DNA of 64,000 nucleotides from Promethearchaeota archaeon (GTDB lineage: Archaea > Asgardarchaeota > Lokiarchaeia > Sigyniarchaeales > SOKP01), in assembly GCA_016840085.1 (NCBI GenBank), contig JAEOTA010000004.1:192001-256000 (forward strand). The letters run 5' to 3'. Made by a program: the position numbers and the translations under genes. Below are positions 50,413-61,502 of this stretch, in pieces. The notes beneath the pieces were generated by a model. It had not been told where the DNA came from. It did no database searches and saw nothing but the letters and a program-made list of their open reading frames with translations. Numbering within the stretch: position 1 is the stretch's first letter; the number at the start of each line of letters is the position of its first letter.

Positions 50413-52818
50413 TTGGATTGTCAGGAGCAATTTGATGGTTGGCTTTTAGATGTTTCTACTTGTAGTAGCGGAGTTATTCTTTGGGTGAAAACAATAAAAG
50501 AGCAAAAAGTTATAAACATCTTTCACGAATTTGCTCCCGAATTCTTTGCAACACCACGAAAACATACTGGCAAGGACTTTAAGAGATTTAAGCAAATTCT
50601 CAAGTCCCATCAAAATGTAAAAGATGTGAGAATATGTGAAAAGTATGTAAAGCTCGAGGATCATAACAAAACAAAAATATTTGGGGTTTCTGTTGTAAAA
50701 CCTTCTGTATTTAAAAAAACAATTAAACAAATTGATGAAATTGGGCTCTTTACATTGTATAACACAGATCTTCCAATCTCTCAGATGTATTTCTATGTAA
50801 ATGACTTATTTCCAATGTCTTCTTGTAGTTTCAAGGTAAAAACTGAGAAAAGGAAGAATAGTAATGAAGAATTGATGCGATTAATCTCTTTGGAATTAAA
50901 AGATGACAATGAAGAATTATTCTACGACTTACCTCCTTTAAAGGCTGTGTGGTTAGATATCAAAATACGACAGCAGGGAATACGTCCTTATTTTAATGAT
51001 ACTCTTGAATATGCCGAAGTTAGTATCATCGAAAATGATGAAAATAATGTGCCACGAGCTGATGGATACAAAAAGCAAAAAATCCTAATTGACGAGGCAG
51101 ATGAAGCAGAAACTTTGAGAAAAATTAGTAAGGTTATTGAACGGCTTGACCCCGATATTATACTTACTCATAATGGAGATGAGTTTTTATTTCCATATCT
51201 GGCTGCCCGAGCCTCTGTGAATCGTGTTTCAAAGGATCTTTTTTTTTCAAGGAATAGAACATCACTTAGAAACTGCATTTTTAACCTTTCGGGAAGTTCT
51301 GACCATTATATGTCATATGGGATAATCTTCCGACGCTCAAAAACTCAGGTTTACTTTACTGGACGATTCCATCTAGACACTGCAACTTATGCAAGTTTAC
51401 ACTTCAGTGACGGGAATATCCCTGGTGTGATCGAAGTTGCCCGTATTTCGCGGATACCAATGCAAAGATTATGTAGAGTTACAATCGGGGGTGCTTTACA
51501 ATCCATTCAGTTTTACAATGCTTACAAACTTGATCACCTCGTTCCTCCTTTCAAAAAAAGTCCTGAAGGATTTAGAAACGGTATGGAGTTAATAAGAGGC
51601 GATCGAGGAGGGCATATCTTTGAGCCAATAATTGGGGTATTTGATCAAGTAGTAGAGCTTGACTTTTCTTCAATGTATCCTTCACTGATGGCGAAATTCA
51701 ATATCTCTTCTGAAACAATTAACTGTAAATGCTGTAAAGATGATGGAACTGGAATTAAGGTACCTGGGCTTAATTTCCATATTTGCAGCAAGAGACAAGG
51801 CATTATTTCAAAATCGATTAGTCTGCCCTTAGAAAAACGATTAGAGTATAAAGAATACAACAAAACTCATGATGATCTTCGGTACAAGTTCACAGATATC
51901 GCACTAAAATGGGTACTCGTTGTGAGTTTTGGATATTTAGGATTTAAAAACGCCCGTTTTGGAAAGATAGAAGCACATCAAACGGTCTGTGCGTTTGCTC
52001 GAGAATTCCTGATGCGTGCTGCAGAAATTGCCGAACAGCATGAGTGTCAAATAATTCATGGAATTGTGGATTCAATATGGCTCAAGGACACGAAAAATCG
52101 AGCTCCAAAAGAGTTCGACGAAATAACAAAAAAAATTGCGAGCGAAATCACTGAACATACCAGTATTCCCATGAACTGGGAAGGAAGATACAATGTAATC
52201 GTCTTTCTTCCCTCTAGGGCTGAACCAGATGTTCCTGCTCTCAGTCACTATTGGGGTATCAAAAGTAATGGGGAAATAAAAGTAAGAGGGATTGAAGTCC
52301 GGCGCAGAGATATGCCAAAAATTGTAAAAGATGCTCAGTATGCCTTTATTGACATATTTCAAGGAGCAGAAACTGTTGAAGAGTTCATGGAAAGAGTACC
52401 AGACGCTAAGAAAAAGCTCTATGAATATGTAGAAAGAGTCTATTCCGGAAAGGTATCAAGAGAGGAACTTACAATTCGTCAAAGAATATCTCGCAGACCA
52501 AATCAATATAAAGTTAATAGTTACCAGGCAGTCGCTGCTAGACAATTAGAACGGTCAGGGGTAGTAGCTTCGGCCGGAAAGAATGTGAGGTATATTATTC
52601 TTAACGCTGATGCCAATCCTGACTTTCCTGAAAAGAAGGTTATTCTTTCAGATTTATTTGATGCTAAGAAACATGAATATGACAGAAGAAAATATGTTGA
52701 ACTGCTAAAAAGAGCTTTTGAAAATATTTTCCCTTTTGAGTTCCCTGAACTTGAGGAATTATTGACTTCAGATTATAATAAAAAATCTATTCAAAAAGAT
52801 TTGTCATGCTTTATTTGA
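50413..52818 (+). CDS. polB2: Family B DNA polymerase, PolB2/Dpo2 group
   Basis: DFSSMYPS, LKWVLVVSFGYLG, motif C altered to HGIVDS, degenerate exonuclease. Confidence 0.9.
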   Translation: MDCQEQFDGWLLDVSTCSSGVILWVKTIKEQKVINIFHEFAPEFFATPRKHTGKDFKRFKQILKSHQNVKDVRICEKYVKLEDHNKTKIFGVSVVKPSVFKKTIKQIDEIGLFTLYNTDLPISQMYFYVNDLFPMSSCSFKVKTEKRKNSNEELMRLISLELKDDNEELFYDLPPLKAVWLDIKIRQQGIRPYFNDTLEYAEVSIIENDENNVPRADGYKKQKILIDEADEAETLRKISKVIERLDPDIILTHNGDEFLFPYLAARASVNRVSKDLFFSRNRTSLRNCIFNLSGSSDHYMSYGIIFRRSKTQVYFTGRFHLDTATYASLHFSDGNIPGVIEVARISRIPMQRLCRVTIGGALQSIQFYNAYKLDHLVPPFKKSPEGFRNGMELIRGDRGGHIFEPIIGVFDQVVELDFSSMYPSLMAKFNISSETINCKCCKDDGTGIKVPGLNFHICSKRQGIISKSISLPLEKRLEYKEYNKTHDDLRYKFTDIALKWVLVVSFGYLGFKNARFGKIEAHQTVCAFAREFLMRAAEIAEQHECQIIHGIVDSIWLKDTKNRAPKEFDEITKKIASEITEHTSIPMNWEGRYNVIVFLPSRAEPDVPALSHYWGIKSNGEIKVRGIEVRRRDMPKIVKDAQYAFIDIFQGAETVEEFMERVPDAKKKLYEYVERVYSGKVSREELTIRQRISRRPNQYKVNSYQAVAARQLERSGVVASAGKNVRYIILNADANPDFPEKKVILSDLFDAKKHEYDRRKYVELLKRAFENIFPFEFPELEELLTSDYNKKSIQKDLSCFI

Positions 52819-52974
52819 TTTAAACAAAAAAAATGTTTAAGGAATTGTAAAAATCTCAAAAAAGTCAAATATAATTATCTATACTGTGAGAAAGATTATA
52901 TGATTTGGTTTATTCAAATTATTTATAGAAAATTTAGCAAATTGGTATTGAATCTACAAGTAAATTGATGAAAA

Positions 52975-54184
52975 ATGAAAAGAATTGTGATTGATCACGA
53001 AACTCTCAGTGAAAAAGATATTGAGTTTAAAAAAGAAATTGTGAACTGATTGCTTCAGAAGTTGCCCTTAAAACGCAAGATATGGAAGATGGTAAAATAA
53101 ATGTTTGGGATGTTTTGGAACCTTTAGGAAAAAAGGGTTTACTTGGATTAACGTATCCTAAAGAATTGGGAGGTAGGGGTGGTTCTTATTTCCAAGATAT
53201 GTTGCTATCAGAGGCATTATCATATGAGAGTTTGGTTTATGATATGGTGCGGGGTTCATCCGTTTATCCCGCAGGTTTGATAAGATTCTTTAGAAAAGAA
53301 GAAACTCTCGGGAAATACATTAAACCTATAGTAACTGGCAAAAAAAAGGATGTTTTTGTTTTACCGAACCCGATGCAGGATCCGATCTTTCAAGGATGAA
53401 AACCCTTTATAGAAAGGACGAAGATGGTGATTTTATGCTTAACGGAGAAAAAAGATTTATAACTAACGGTAGTGTAGCCGATATAATGGTTGTTTACGGA
53501 CGAAACGGAGCATTTATTGTTGAATCCGATTTTACGGGGTTTGAAATGCTTGAAGAATACAAATTAATGGGACTTCATGGTCTAAACCTGGGGCATTTGA
53601 AGTTTACAGACGTCAATGTTCCCAAAGAAAACATCCTATTTTACAGGGAATTAAAACCTACAACCGAAGGATCTCAGAAAAAGAGAACGTCTGCAATTTC
53701 AAGTATGCAACAATTCCTTGGTCCAGAAAGGGTGGCTATGTCATTACAAGCCCTGGCAGTAGCTAAACGAGCAATCGAAATTGCAATAAAATATTCTCAG
53801 GAAAGGGTTCAGTTTAAAAAACCCATAAGTGAATTTGAAGGAATAAGTTTTAAAATTGCTGAAATGGTTGCCAACTACGAAGCAGGAAAGGCTTTATACC
53901 TTAGAGCATATAGAAAATCACAAAACTCCGCACTTGCTGCTACGTGCAAACTGTTTGTTGTCACAAATACACACAAGATTTGTGATGAAGCATTACAAAT
54001 TATGGGTGATATTGGTTACACAAACAAATATCCCGTAGAACGGTTACTGAGGGATATAAGGCTCCACCGAATAGGTGGTGGTACTGATGAGATTATGAAA
54101 TATATAATTCAAAAGGATATATATAAAGGATTTAATAGGCAATTTAGAGAGGATATAGAAGGAAAAGTGGATTTTTGGTTCTAG
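52975..54184 (+). pseudogene. Acyl-CoA dehydrogenase with two frameshifts (~53040 and the poly-A at ~53345)
   Basis: Restored GKKKGCFCFTEPDAGSD; NGEKRFITNG, R.QF..PI, RIGGGTDEI. Confidence 0.85.
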
Positions 54185-54338
54185 TATTTTTTTTTTTAAT
54201 AGTTGATAAAAATTGTCCCAAATCCCTATTAATCTAATTTTAAACTACCAATTCTTTCTTATTTTTTTGAAAAAGATAATTTTTAAATCCAAAGAAAGAA
54301 TTTTTTAATATTAAACGAATTAAGGGTGATATTAATCA

Positions 54339-54737
54339 ATGTTCGGTGAGATCCATCATATTGGATTTGTAAATGAAAATGTTGAAGAAGCAGTTAAAAA
54401 ATTCAAGAGTCTTTTTGGTATAGAAAAGTTTATTTGGGTTGAAATGGGTGTAGTAAAAGTAGCAAGATCCATGATTGGAAAGCTACAGATAGATTTGATT
54501 GAGCCTCAAGATAGTGAGTCAATATTTCATACATTTTTAGAGAAAGAAAATGTTGGTCTTCATCATATAGGATATCTAGTTGAAAATATTGATGAGAAAA
54601 TTAAAGAATGGGATTCAAAAGGTTTGAAACAAGTTCTAGGAGGTATAATTTCTACGGCAAAATTTGTTTACTTTGATACTACGGACATCCTCGGTCATAT
54701 TATAGAGTTTTTGCATCTAAACTATAAGGAACCATAA
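54339..54737 (+). CDS. VOC family protein (methylmalonyl-CoA epimerase-like)
   Basis: HHIG, LIEP, GLHHIG, EF. Confidence 0.8.
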   Translation: MFGEIHHIGFVNENVEEAVKKFKSLFGIEKFIWVEMGVVKVARSMIGKLQIDLIEPQDSESIFHTFLEKENVGLHHIGYLVENIDEKIKEWDSKGLKQVLGGIISTAKFVYFDTTDILGHIIEFLHLNYKEP

Positions 54738-55281
54738 GATAAACCATCTTGTCATGACAGAAGTATTTAAAGGAAAAGAGAACATATTTCCGTTTCCTTC
54801 TTGAATTGCTGCCTTTTAAAATAAGAAAAACTACTAATAAAAAGGAAATTTTTTTAGTTACTAATTCAATTAGAATCGAAGGCGTTATATTTTAACAATA
54901 AAAACGAATATTACCGAAATGTTTGGAATTAAAAAGATCATTTGTCGGCTTTATAAAATCCATAAGTTGTATTATATTTTTATCATTGTTTTTATTATAT
55001 TTCTTCAATTTTTAAAATTTAAGATAATTTGAGATAGAGGCTATTTGAGAAAGTATTAATATAAATCTTAAATAAAACAATTTTGTCGGACACTTCGCTA
55101 CTGTAAGATATATGAAAGTTTACCCTAAAAAACCTTTATAAATTTAACCAGTATGGTCTTTCGGTACGTATTATAGATTATAAAACATAAATCTAAATAT
55201 ACAAATTTGTATTATTTTTCCAGCTATTAGAAAACCTATACTCTGTAGTAATTTATTTGTATAAAATTAGGTATAAGAATT

Positions 55282-55440
55282 ATGTCAAAAGCAGTTTCAT
55301 ATTACGATTGGGAATTATCATTTAAATCAAAAAATAAACCCAAATTAAATGAGACTAAGGAAGAAATAAATTCACTTGGTATTTCTGATTTTAAATTTAA
55401 GAACTTCTTAAAAAAATGGAAAAATAAAAATATGGAATAA
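55282..55440 (+). CDS. Unannotated 52-aa basic small protein
   Basis: ATG-start ORF MSKAVSYYDWELSF...KKWKNKNME* in AT-rich DNA. Confidence 0.45.
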   Translation: MSKAVSYYDWELSFKSKNKPKLNETKEEINSLGISDFKFKNFLKKWKNKNME

Positions 55441-55456
55441 AAAATCTTTTTTTAAT

Positions 55457-57142
55457 TTATACTTCTTCTCCACGTCTTCTGGCTTCTATCTCCTTCAAAT
55501 CTTTACGAAGAACTTTTCCTACTAATGTTTCAGGTAATTCTTTTCTAAATTCAATAAATTTAGGTACTTTATATGGCGCTACATTTTTTCTACAGAATTC
55601 CTTGATTTCAGCTTTCATTTCTTCTGTTTCTTTATAGCCATCTTTCAATACAACATAGGCTTTAACTTTTTCACTTCCTGGAAGTTCAGGATCAGGGATA
55701 CCAATGATAGCTACATTTTCAATAACTTCATTTTCAAATAATACATCCTCCACTTCTCTAGGATACACTTTAAATCCGCTAACATTTATCATGTCTTTCT
55801 TTCTGTCTACGATGTAAAAGTATCCATCCTCATCCATTTTTCCGATATCTCCAGTTAATAACCATCCATCTTTTAATTGATAAGCACTAGCATCTGGCTT
55901 ATTCCAATATCCTTTCATAACCTGAGGACCTTGTATTATAATTTCTCCTTCTTTTCCGAGAGGTAGAATTTTAGTATAGTCATCAATATCTACAATTCTA
56001 ACTATTGTATCAGGAATTGGCATTCCAACAGAACCGATTTTTCTTTGACCGTTAAATGGATTGCTATTTGTTACTGGTGAGGTTTCTGTCAACCCATATC
56101 CTTCGAGTATTTTACCCCCAGTTCTTTCTTCAAAATCTTTCTGAACTTCTGGTGGCATTGGAGCAGCTCCTGTGTTACAAATTCTAATAGATCTTAAATC
56201 TTTAGCATAATCTTCAAGGTCATCTCTTTCTAATAAGCGCATATACATTGTTGGTACTCCTGGAAACATTGTAGGATGAGTAGCCTTTATTACTTCAAAT
56301 AGAGATTTTTGATCTCGAGGATCAGGGTTTAAAGCTAGTGTTGATCCCATATAAATATGTATATTCATACATACAGTTTGACCATAAATATGAAATAATG
56401 GTAGATTTGTAAGGATCGTTTCTTTTCCTCTCCTAAATTCTTGACCCGCCCATGTTACTACAGCCACGCAATTTGACACAATATTATGGTGAGTAAGCAT
56501 TGCTCCTTTAGGTAATCCCGTAGTACCTCCAGTATATTGAAGGCAAACTATATCTTCTTTTGGATTCGTTTCAAATGTAGGTGGATTAGGCTTTGTATTA
56601 TTAATTAAATTTAGAAATTGCATAGTTCCCGAGATTTCTGGTGGGTTTCTTGGAGCCATAGGTGAATAATCTAACACATTTGTAATAATTACATGTCTAA
56701 GGCGTGTTCTTTCTTTTATTTTATTTATTTTTTCTACTTGATTATCCGATGCTATAATAATTTCAGCTCCAGCATCATTTAACTGGTAAGCGAGCTCATG
56801 TTCGGTGTGTAGAACAGAACAAGCAGTAACGATTCCCCCTGCTTTCAAGATCCCATAATAGGCCATTGCAAATTGAGGAAAATTTGGTATCATGATTGCT
56901 ACAACATCTCCTCTTTTTAAACCTAAATTGACCAAAGCTGTAGCTAATCTGTCAGCTATATCTTTTAACTTCTTATAAGATATTTTATTTTTCAAAAACC
57001 AAATAGCAGTTCGACCACCAAAATCTTTTGCTGAATTATCAAGAAATTCATATACATTTATTTCAGGATAATCAATAGTGGCAGGGACGCCCTCATCATA
57101 ATTTTTTACCCATGGTTTATCTGAATAAGGGTCTTCACTCAT
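55457..57142 (-). CDS. Long-chain fatty acid-CoA ligase (FadD-like)
   Basis: QYTGGTTGLPKG, EGYGLTE, TGD, DRKKD, GKVLR. Confidence 0.93.
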   Translation of the reverse strand: MSEDPYSDKPWVKNYDEGVPATIDYPEINVYEFLDNSAKDFGGRTAIWFLKNKISYKKLKDIADRLATALVNLGLKRGDVVAIMIPNFPQFAMAYYGILKAGGIVTACSVLHTEHELAYQLNDAGAEIIIASDNQVEKINKIKERTRLRHVIITNVLDYSPMAPRNPPEISGTMQFLNLINNTKPNPPTFETNPKEDIVCLQYTGGTTGLPKGAMLTHHNIVSNCVAVVTWAGQEFRRGKETILTNLPLFHIYGQTVCMNIHIYMGSTLALNPDPRDQKSLFEVIKATHPTMFPGVPTMYMRLLERDDLEDYAKDLRSIRICNTGAAPMPPEVQKDFEERTGGKILEGYGLTETSPVTNSNPFNGQRKIGSVGMPIPDTIVRIVDIDDYTKILPLGKEGEIIIQGPQVMKGYWNKPDASAYQLKDGWLLTGDIGKMDEDGYFYIVDRKKDMINVSGFKVYPREVEDVLFENEVIENVAIIGIPDPELPGSEKVKAYVVLKDGYKETEEMKAEIKEFCRKNVAPYKVPKFIEFRKELPETLVGKVLRKDLKEIEARRRGEEV

Positions 57143-57488
57143 TTTAATATCACATTTCTTCTAATTTTTTCTTTTTTTTTATTTTTTGAAAATGTTTGAT
57201 CTAATAATGTTGACTTAATATTATATTTAAAGAAAGTTAATTACTATTAAAACTATTCCTACATAAGAGACTAAAATTTAATAATAATTACATAATTAAT
57301 GGTGTAAAAACATTCAAAATTGCTGAAATTAGAAAATTCCCTTCACTATTCACAATTATTAAGGCAATCCTCTATTAAAATTATAACAATCTGATTAAAA
57401 ATCAAAATGAAAAAAAGTGTGAGTTAATAAAATGGTTGATATTGAACGATTGTTAAAACAAGCGGGATTTGATGATGTGTTAATAATA

Positions 57489-58925
57489 TTAATGGTTTTC
57501 CTCAGTAAGAGAATCTAACGCATTAATAGCAGATTCACATACATAATCACACTTATCATGAATTAGATCATTTAAACCGGAAATAACTTCCTCCGTATTA
57601 ACGCCTAATAACCCTAATGCTTCAGATGATCTCCATCTAACATCAGGATTTTCATCTTTTAAGGCAGTTATTAATGATGGAATAGCTATCTTTGCTGTTG
57701 ATCCTAATTTACCTAAAGAAAGTGCTGCTTCATGTCGAACAACATTTTTTGGATCATTTAAAGCTTTCCTAAGAGCATAAACAGCATCTTCAGAATTAAT
57801 TCCAATTTTTCCTAATGCTCTTGCTGTTTCTACTCTAACAGAACTTTTTCTTGATAATGGATCCTTAAAAAATGTTAAAAGTGATCTTTTAATCTTATTA
57901 ATAAATGTAGGGATATATTCTACTTCTTGTTCGTGTATTCTTAAAATTTCAATTAAGACAGGTATGGCTTCTATAGCATCAACCCCAATACCTCCTAAGG
58001 CAGAAATTATAATGTTCTTCATTTTTACACCAGATGTTTCAAATGAATTAATTAACGTAGGAACTGCTTCTTTTCCAATACTTCTTAATGCATCAGCAGC
58101 TTTTCCGCGAACAGCTTCTTTTTTATCATTTAGCAAATATCCAATTTTTTCAATAATTTTAGGATCACTTATTTTCATTTCACCTAAAGTATCAAGAGCT
58201 CCCTTTCTCACTATCTCATTTTTATGATTTAATACATTTAAAAGACTTGGGACTGATTCTTCTCCTACGTCTGCTAATGTATTAATAACTCTATTACGAA
58301 CTCTCCAATCACTATCCTCAAGAGCATTAATTAAACTAGGTAGTGCTTTTATCGAACCTCTTCCAATATTACTGATTGATCGGGCTGATGCAGTTCTTAC
58401 AGTCCAACTAACATCCTTAAGGCTGATCATTAACTTAGGAATCGCTTCATACGCATCAGTTCCCAATTCTCCAAGCGCTATAGCAACCTTAGTTCGAACA
58501 TTTTCACTTTTATCTTGTAATGCTTTAATCAAATTGTTAATTGAATCTTGAGTAGGGATTCCTATTTTTCCGAGAGCAATTGCAGCTTCTTCTCGAATTG
58601 AATCCTCATTATCTTCTAATGACTTGGATAATTGAGGTATAGACTCCTTCGCTATTTCTCCTATTTTTCCCAATGCACGAGCAGCTTCACGACGAATACT
58701 CCAATCATTATCTTCTAAACAATTTATTAATTTTGAGATAGAATTTACGGACTTTTTACCCAATTCGCCTAAAACGTGGATAGAATTGAACTTAACAGAC
58801 CTAATATCACTATTTATATGCCCTATTATTTGATCAATAATTGATAGATCTTTTTCTACCCGTGATAACACTAAATCTATTCTTGCATCTCTCAACAATT
58901 TTTCTAAGGAAGCAGACAAATCCAA
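57489..58925 (-). CDS. HEAT-repeat (PBS lyase-like) protein
   Basis: ~12 L.D....VR..AA.ALG.IG repeats. Confidence 0.9.
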   Translation of the reverse strand: MDLSASLEKLLRDARIDLVLSRVEKDLSIIDQIIGHINSDIRSVKFNSIHVLGELGKKSVNSISKLINCLEDNDWSIRREAARALGKIGEIAKESIPQLSKSLEDNEDSIREEAAIALGKIGIPTQDSINNLIKALQDKSENVRTKVAIALGELGTDAYEAIPKLMISLKDVSWTVRTASARSISNIGRGSIKALPSLINALEDSDWRVRNRVINTLADVGEESVPSLLNVLNHKNEIVRKGALDTLGEMKISDPKIIEKIGYLLNDKKEAVRGKAADALRSIGKEAVPTLINSFETSGVKMKNIIISALGGIGVDAIEAIPVLIEILRIHEQEVEYIPTFINKIKRSLLTFFKDPLSRKSSVRVETARALGKIGINSEDAVYALRKALNDPKNVVRHEAALSLGKLGSTAKIAIPSLITALKDENPDVRWRSSEALGLLGVNTEEVISGLNDLIHDKCDYVCESAINALDSLTEENH

Positions 58926-58930
58926 TCACC

Positions 58931-59644
58931 TTATATACCTAAATATACCTCTTTTATTCGAGGTTCTCTCTTTAATTCTTCTTTTGATCCTCTCATTTCA
59001 ATTTTTCCCTCTTCAAGAACATGAATATACTCAGCAACCTCCATTGCTAAAATCGCATCCTGTTCAACTAACAAAGTAGTTGTACCTTCTTGCTTTATTT
59101 TTTCAATTGCTTTAAAAATATCTTTCTTGACTTTAGGAGCCAAACCTAACGAGGGTTCATCCATTAAAAGTAGTTTTGGATTGGACATTAATGAACGTGC
59201 TATTGCTAGCATTTGTTGCTCTCCACCGCTTAAAGTTCCAGCTCGTTGTTTTTCTCGTTCTTTAAGACGAGGGAATATTTCAAAAATAAAATCTAATAAT
59301 TCATGGAATTTTTTCTTATCTTTTAATGTGTATGCTCCCAATCTAAGATTCTCCATAACTGTCATATCATAAAACAACTTACGACGTTCTGGACAATGAG
59401 AAATTCCTTTTTTTGCAATTCTATGAGGTTTTAACTCATCAATCCTTTCCCCTAGAAACTCGATTTTTCCTCTATCAGGTTCTTCTAAACCTGATATTAC
59501 TCTGAGAAGCGTAGATTTTCCAGCTCCATTAGGACCAATAACAGCATCTAAAGCTTTTTCTTCGATTTTTAAATTAATTTCTTCAAGAGCTTTAGCTTTC
59601 CCATAATAATGGTATACTTTTTTTATTTCAAGCAAATTCGTCAC
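58931..59644 (-). CDS. livF: Branched-chain amino acid-type ABC transporter ATPase
   Basis: GPNGAGKST, LSGGEQQMLAIAR, DEPSLGLAP. Confidence 0.92.
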   Translation of the reverse strand: MTNLLEIKKVYHYYGKAKALEEINLKIEEKALDAVIGPNGAGKSTLLRVISGLEEPDRGKIEFLGERIDELKPHRIAKKGISHCPERRKLFYDMTVMENLRLGAYTLKDKKKFHELLDFIFEIFPRLKEREKQRAGTLSGGEQQMLAIARSLMSNPKLLLMDEPSLGLAPKVKKDIFKAIEKIKQEGTTTLLVEQDAILAMEVAEYIHVLEEGKIEMRGSKEELKREPRIKEVYLGI

Positions 59645-60368
59645 CTCTACCTAAATATGCTTCAAGCACAATTTTATTATTAGCAACTTCACGAGGAGGG
59701 CCATCGGCAATTAATTTCCCTTGATGCATTGCAAGCACACGCGGTACTAGATTCATTAATTCACGTAATACATGACCAGTAATAAAAATTGTTACGCCAT
59801 CCTCATATAATTCTATTATTAAATCATTAATGACCTTTTGTTCTTCATGAGAAAGTCCACTAAATGGCTCATCAAGCAAAAGTAATTGTGGGTTACTAGC
59901 GATTGCTTTACCAATTTGTAACTTTCTCAGATCGCCATGAGGTAGAATAACCGGAGGAATTCTCGCTTTATCTACAAGTCCAACTGATGCTAGAATTGAA
60001 CTAGCATACTCATCAGTTCCAATCTCTTTCGAACTCTTTCTACCTCTTTTTGAAAGGCTTGGAACAATAATATTATCAAGTAAATTTAAAAATTTAAATG
60101 ATCTAACTAATTGAAATGTTCGAGCAATCCCTAGATTCACTATTTTATAAGGGCGCATTCTAGTAATATCAATTCCGTCAAAATAAATTGTACCTGAATT
60201 AGTTTTCTCGAATCCTGATATTAAATTAAATACAGTAGTTTTACCTGCTCCATTTGGTCCAATCAAGCCAATAAACTCTCCTCGCTTGATTTCAAAACTG
60301 AAATCATTTACAGCTGTTAAACCACCAAATTTTTTTGTTAAATTTTTAACCTCTAGAATAATTCCCAT
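59628..60368 (-). CDS. livG: Branched-chain amino acid-type ABC transporter ATPase
   Basis: FGGLTAV, GPNGAGKTT, IARTFQ, AYLG. Confidence 0.92.
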   Translation of the reverse strand: MGIILEVKNLTKKFGGLTAVNDFSFEIKRGEFIGLIGPNGAGKTTVFNLISGFEKTNSGTIYFDGIDITRMRPYKIVNLGIARTFQLVRSFKFLNLLDNIIVPSLSKRGRKSSKEIGTDEYASSILASVGLVDKARIPPVILPHGDLRKLQIGKAIASNPQLLLLDEPFSGLSHEEQKVINDLIIELYEDGVTIFITGHVLRELMNLVPRVLAMHQGKLIADGPPREVANNKIVLEAYLGRGDEFA

Positions 60369-60409
60369 TATTAATCACATTTAAATTTTTATTCCATTTA
60401 ACCTATATC

Positions 60410-61462
60410 TTATCTACCCATTAAGACATCCCAGAAATCTTTCAGATGTTCTAAAATAGGTCTTAAAATCCCATGTTCAGCAAATCTAACAACAGTAATT
60501 AAAATTATGGCGAATATTGCAAATTTCCATAAGCCAACATCAAATGCAAAGGCGCCAATCTCAACCACACCAATCTCTATTAGAATATATTCAAAAAAAA
60601 TGAAGAAGAATGATCCTAATGCAGCCCCAATAATAGTAGTTAATCCTCCTAAAGATGCCATAAGAATAGCAAAAAATGAAATGACAAGTCCAAAATTTCC
60701 TGAGGGGTTTACTGAAGTAGTAGATAGGGCATAATAAGCTCCTGCTAATCCAGCAATTAACGCACTTATCATAAAAGCATAAATTTTATATCGTGTTGTA
60801 TTGATTCCTGAAGCATCTGCTCCCGTTTCATCATCACGAATAGATTTAAAAATGGTTCCTAATTTAGATTTACTAATTTGAATTAAAACTATAAAAATAA
60901 CTATTGCTGATATGAATACAATTAGATATTCTACTATAGGATTTTCAGATAAGGATGGTAAACCCGAAATTCCTTCAGAACCAAAAAATATATGTGAAAG
61001 CGATCCTAATAAAAAGAGTTTTAATAAAATTAAGCTGAATACGAGAGTTCCTAGTGCTAGATATGGACCTTTTAATCTTAAGCATGGAATCCCAATTAGT
61101 AATCCAAAAAATACTGCTCCTAAAGAACCAAGAATAATTGATAACCAAATAGGAAAATTTTGATAATCAATTAGGTAAGCGCAAAGATAACCAGATATTC
61201 CAAAGAAAATTGCATGTCCAAAACTAATTTGTCCTGAAATCCCTGTAAGTAAATCCCAACTTGCTGCGAAAATTGCAAATATCAATGCTAATGTAAAATG
61301 GGGTAAGAAGAAATTTATGAAACTCTGATCAGTAGATAGGAATGGTAGAACAGTAAGAATAGCTAAACAAACTACAGTTAATCCTCCAGAAAAAGTCGTT
61401 ACCCAAGATTTTAAATAACCTGGTAAATCACGCATCTTTTCTTTTATTTTATACCTTGTCAT
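60410..61462 (-). CDS. livM: ABC permease
   Basis: GQISFGHA, LRLKGPYLA, IRDDE. Confidence 0.9.
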   Translation of the reverse strand: MTRYKIKEKMRDLPGYLKSWVTTFSGGLTVVCLAILTVLPFLSTDQSFINFFLPHFTLALIFAIFAASWDLLTGISGQISFGHAIFFGISGYLCAYLIDYQNFPIWLSIILGSLGAVFFGLLIGIPCLRLKGPYLALGTLVFSLILLKLFLLGSLSHIFFGSEGISGLPSLSENPIVEYLIVFISAIVIFIVLIQISKSKLGTIFKSIRDDETGADASGINTTRYKIYAFMISALIAGLAGAYYALSTTSVNPSGNFGLVISFFAILMASLGGLTTIIGAALGSFFFIFFEYILIEIGVVEIGAFAFDVGLWKFAIFAIILITVVRFAEHGILRPILEHLKDFWDVLMGR

Positions 61463-61502
61463 TTTTCTATTATCTCCTCATAAGGTTTTAATTTATTAAT
61501 TA

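Noticed and set aside
57432-57518. Short ORF MVDIERLLKQAGFDD..., possible gene remnant
   Set aside because: Too short to assign, and it overlaps the end of the HEAT gene.
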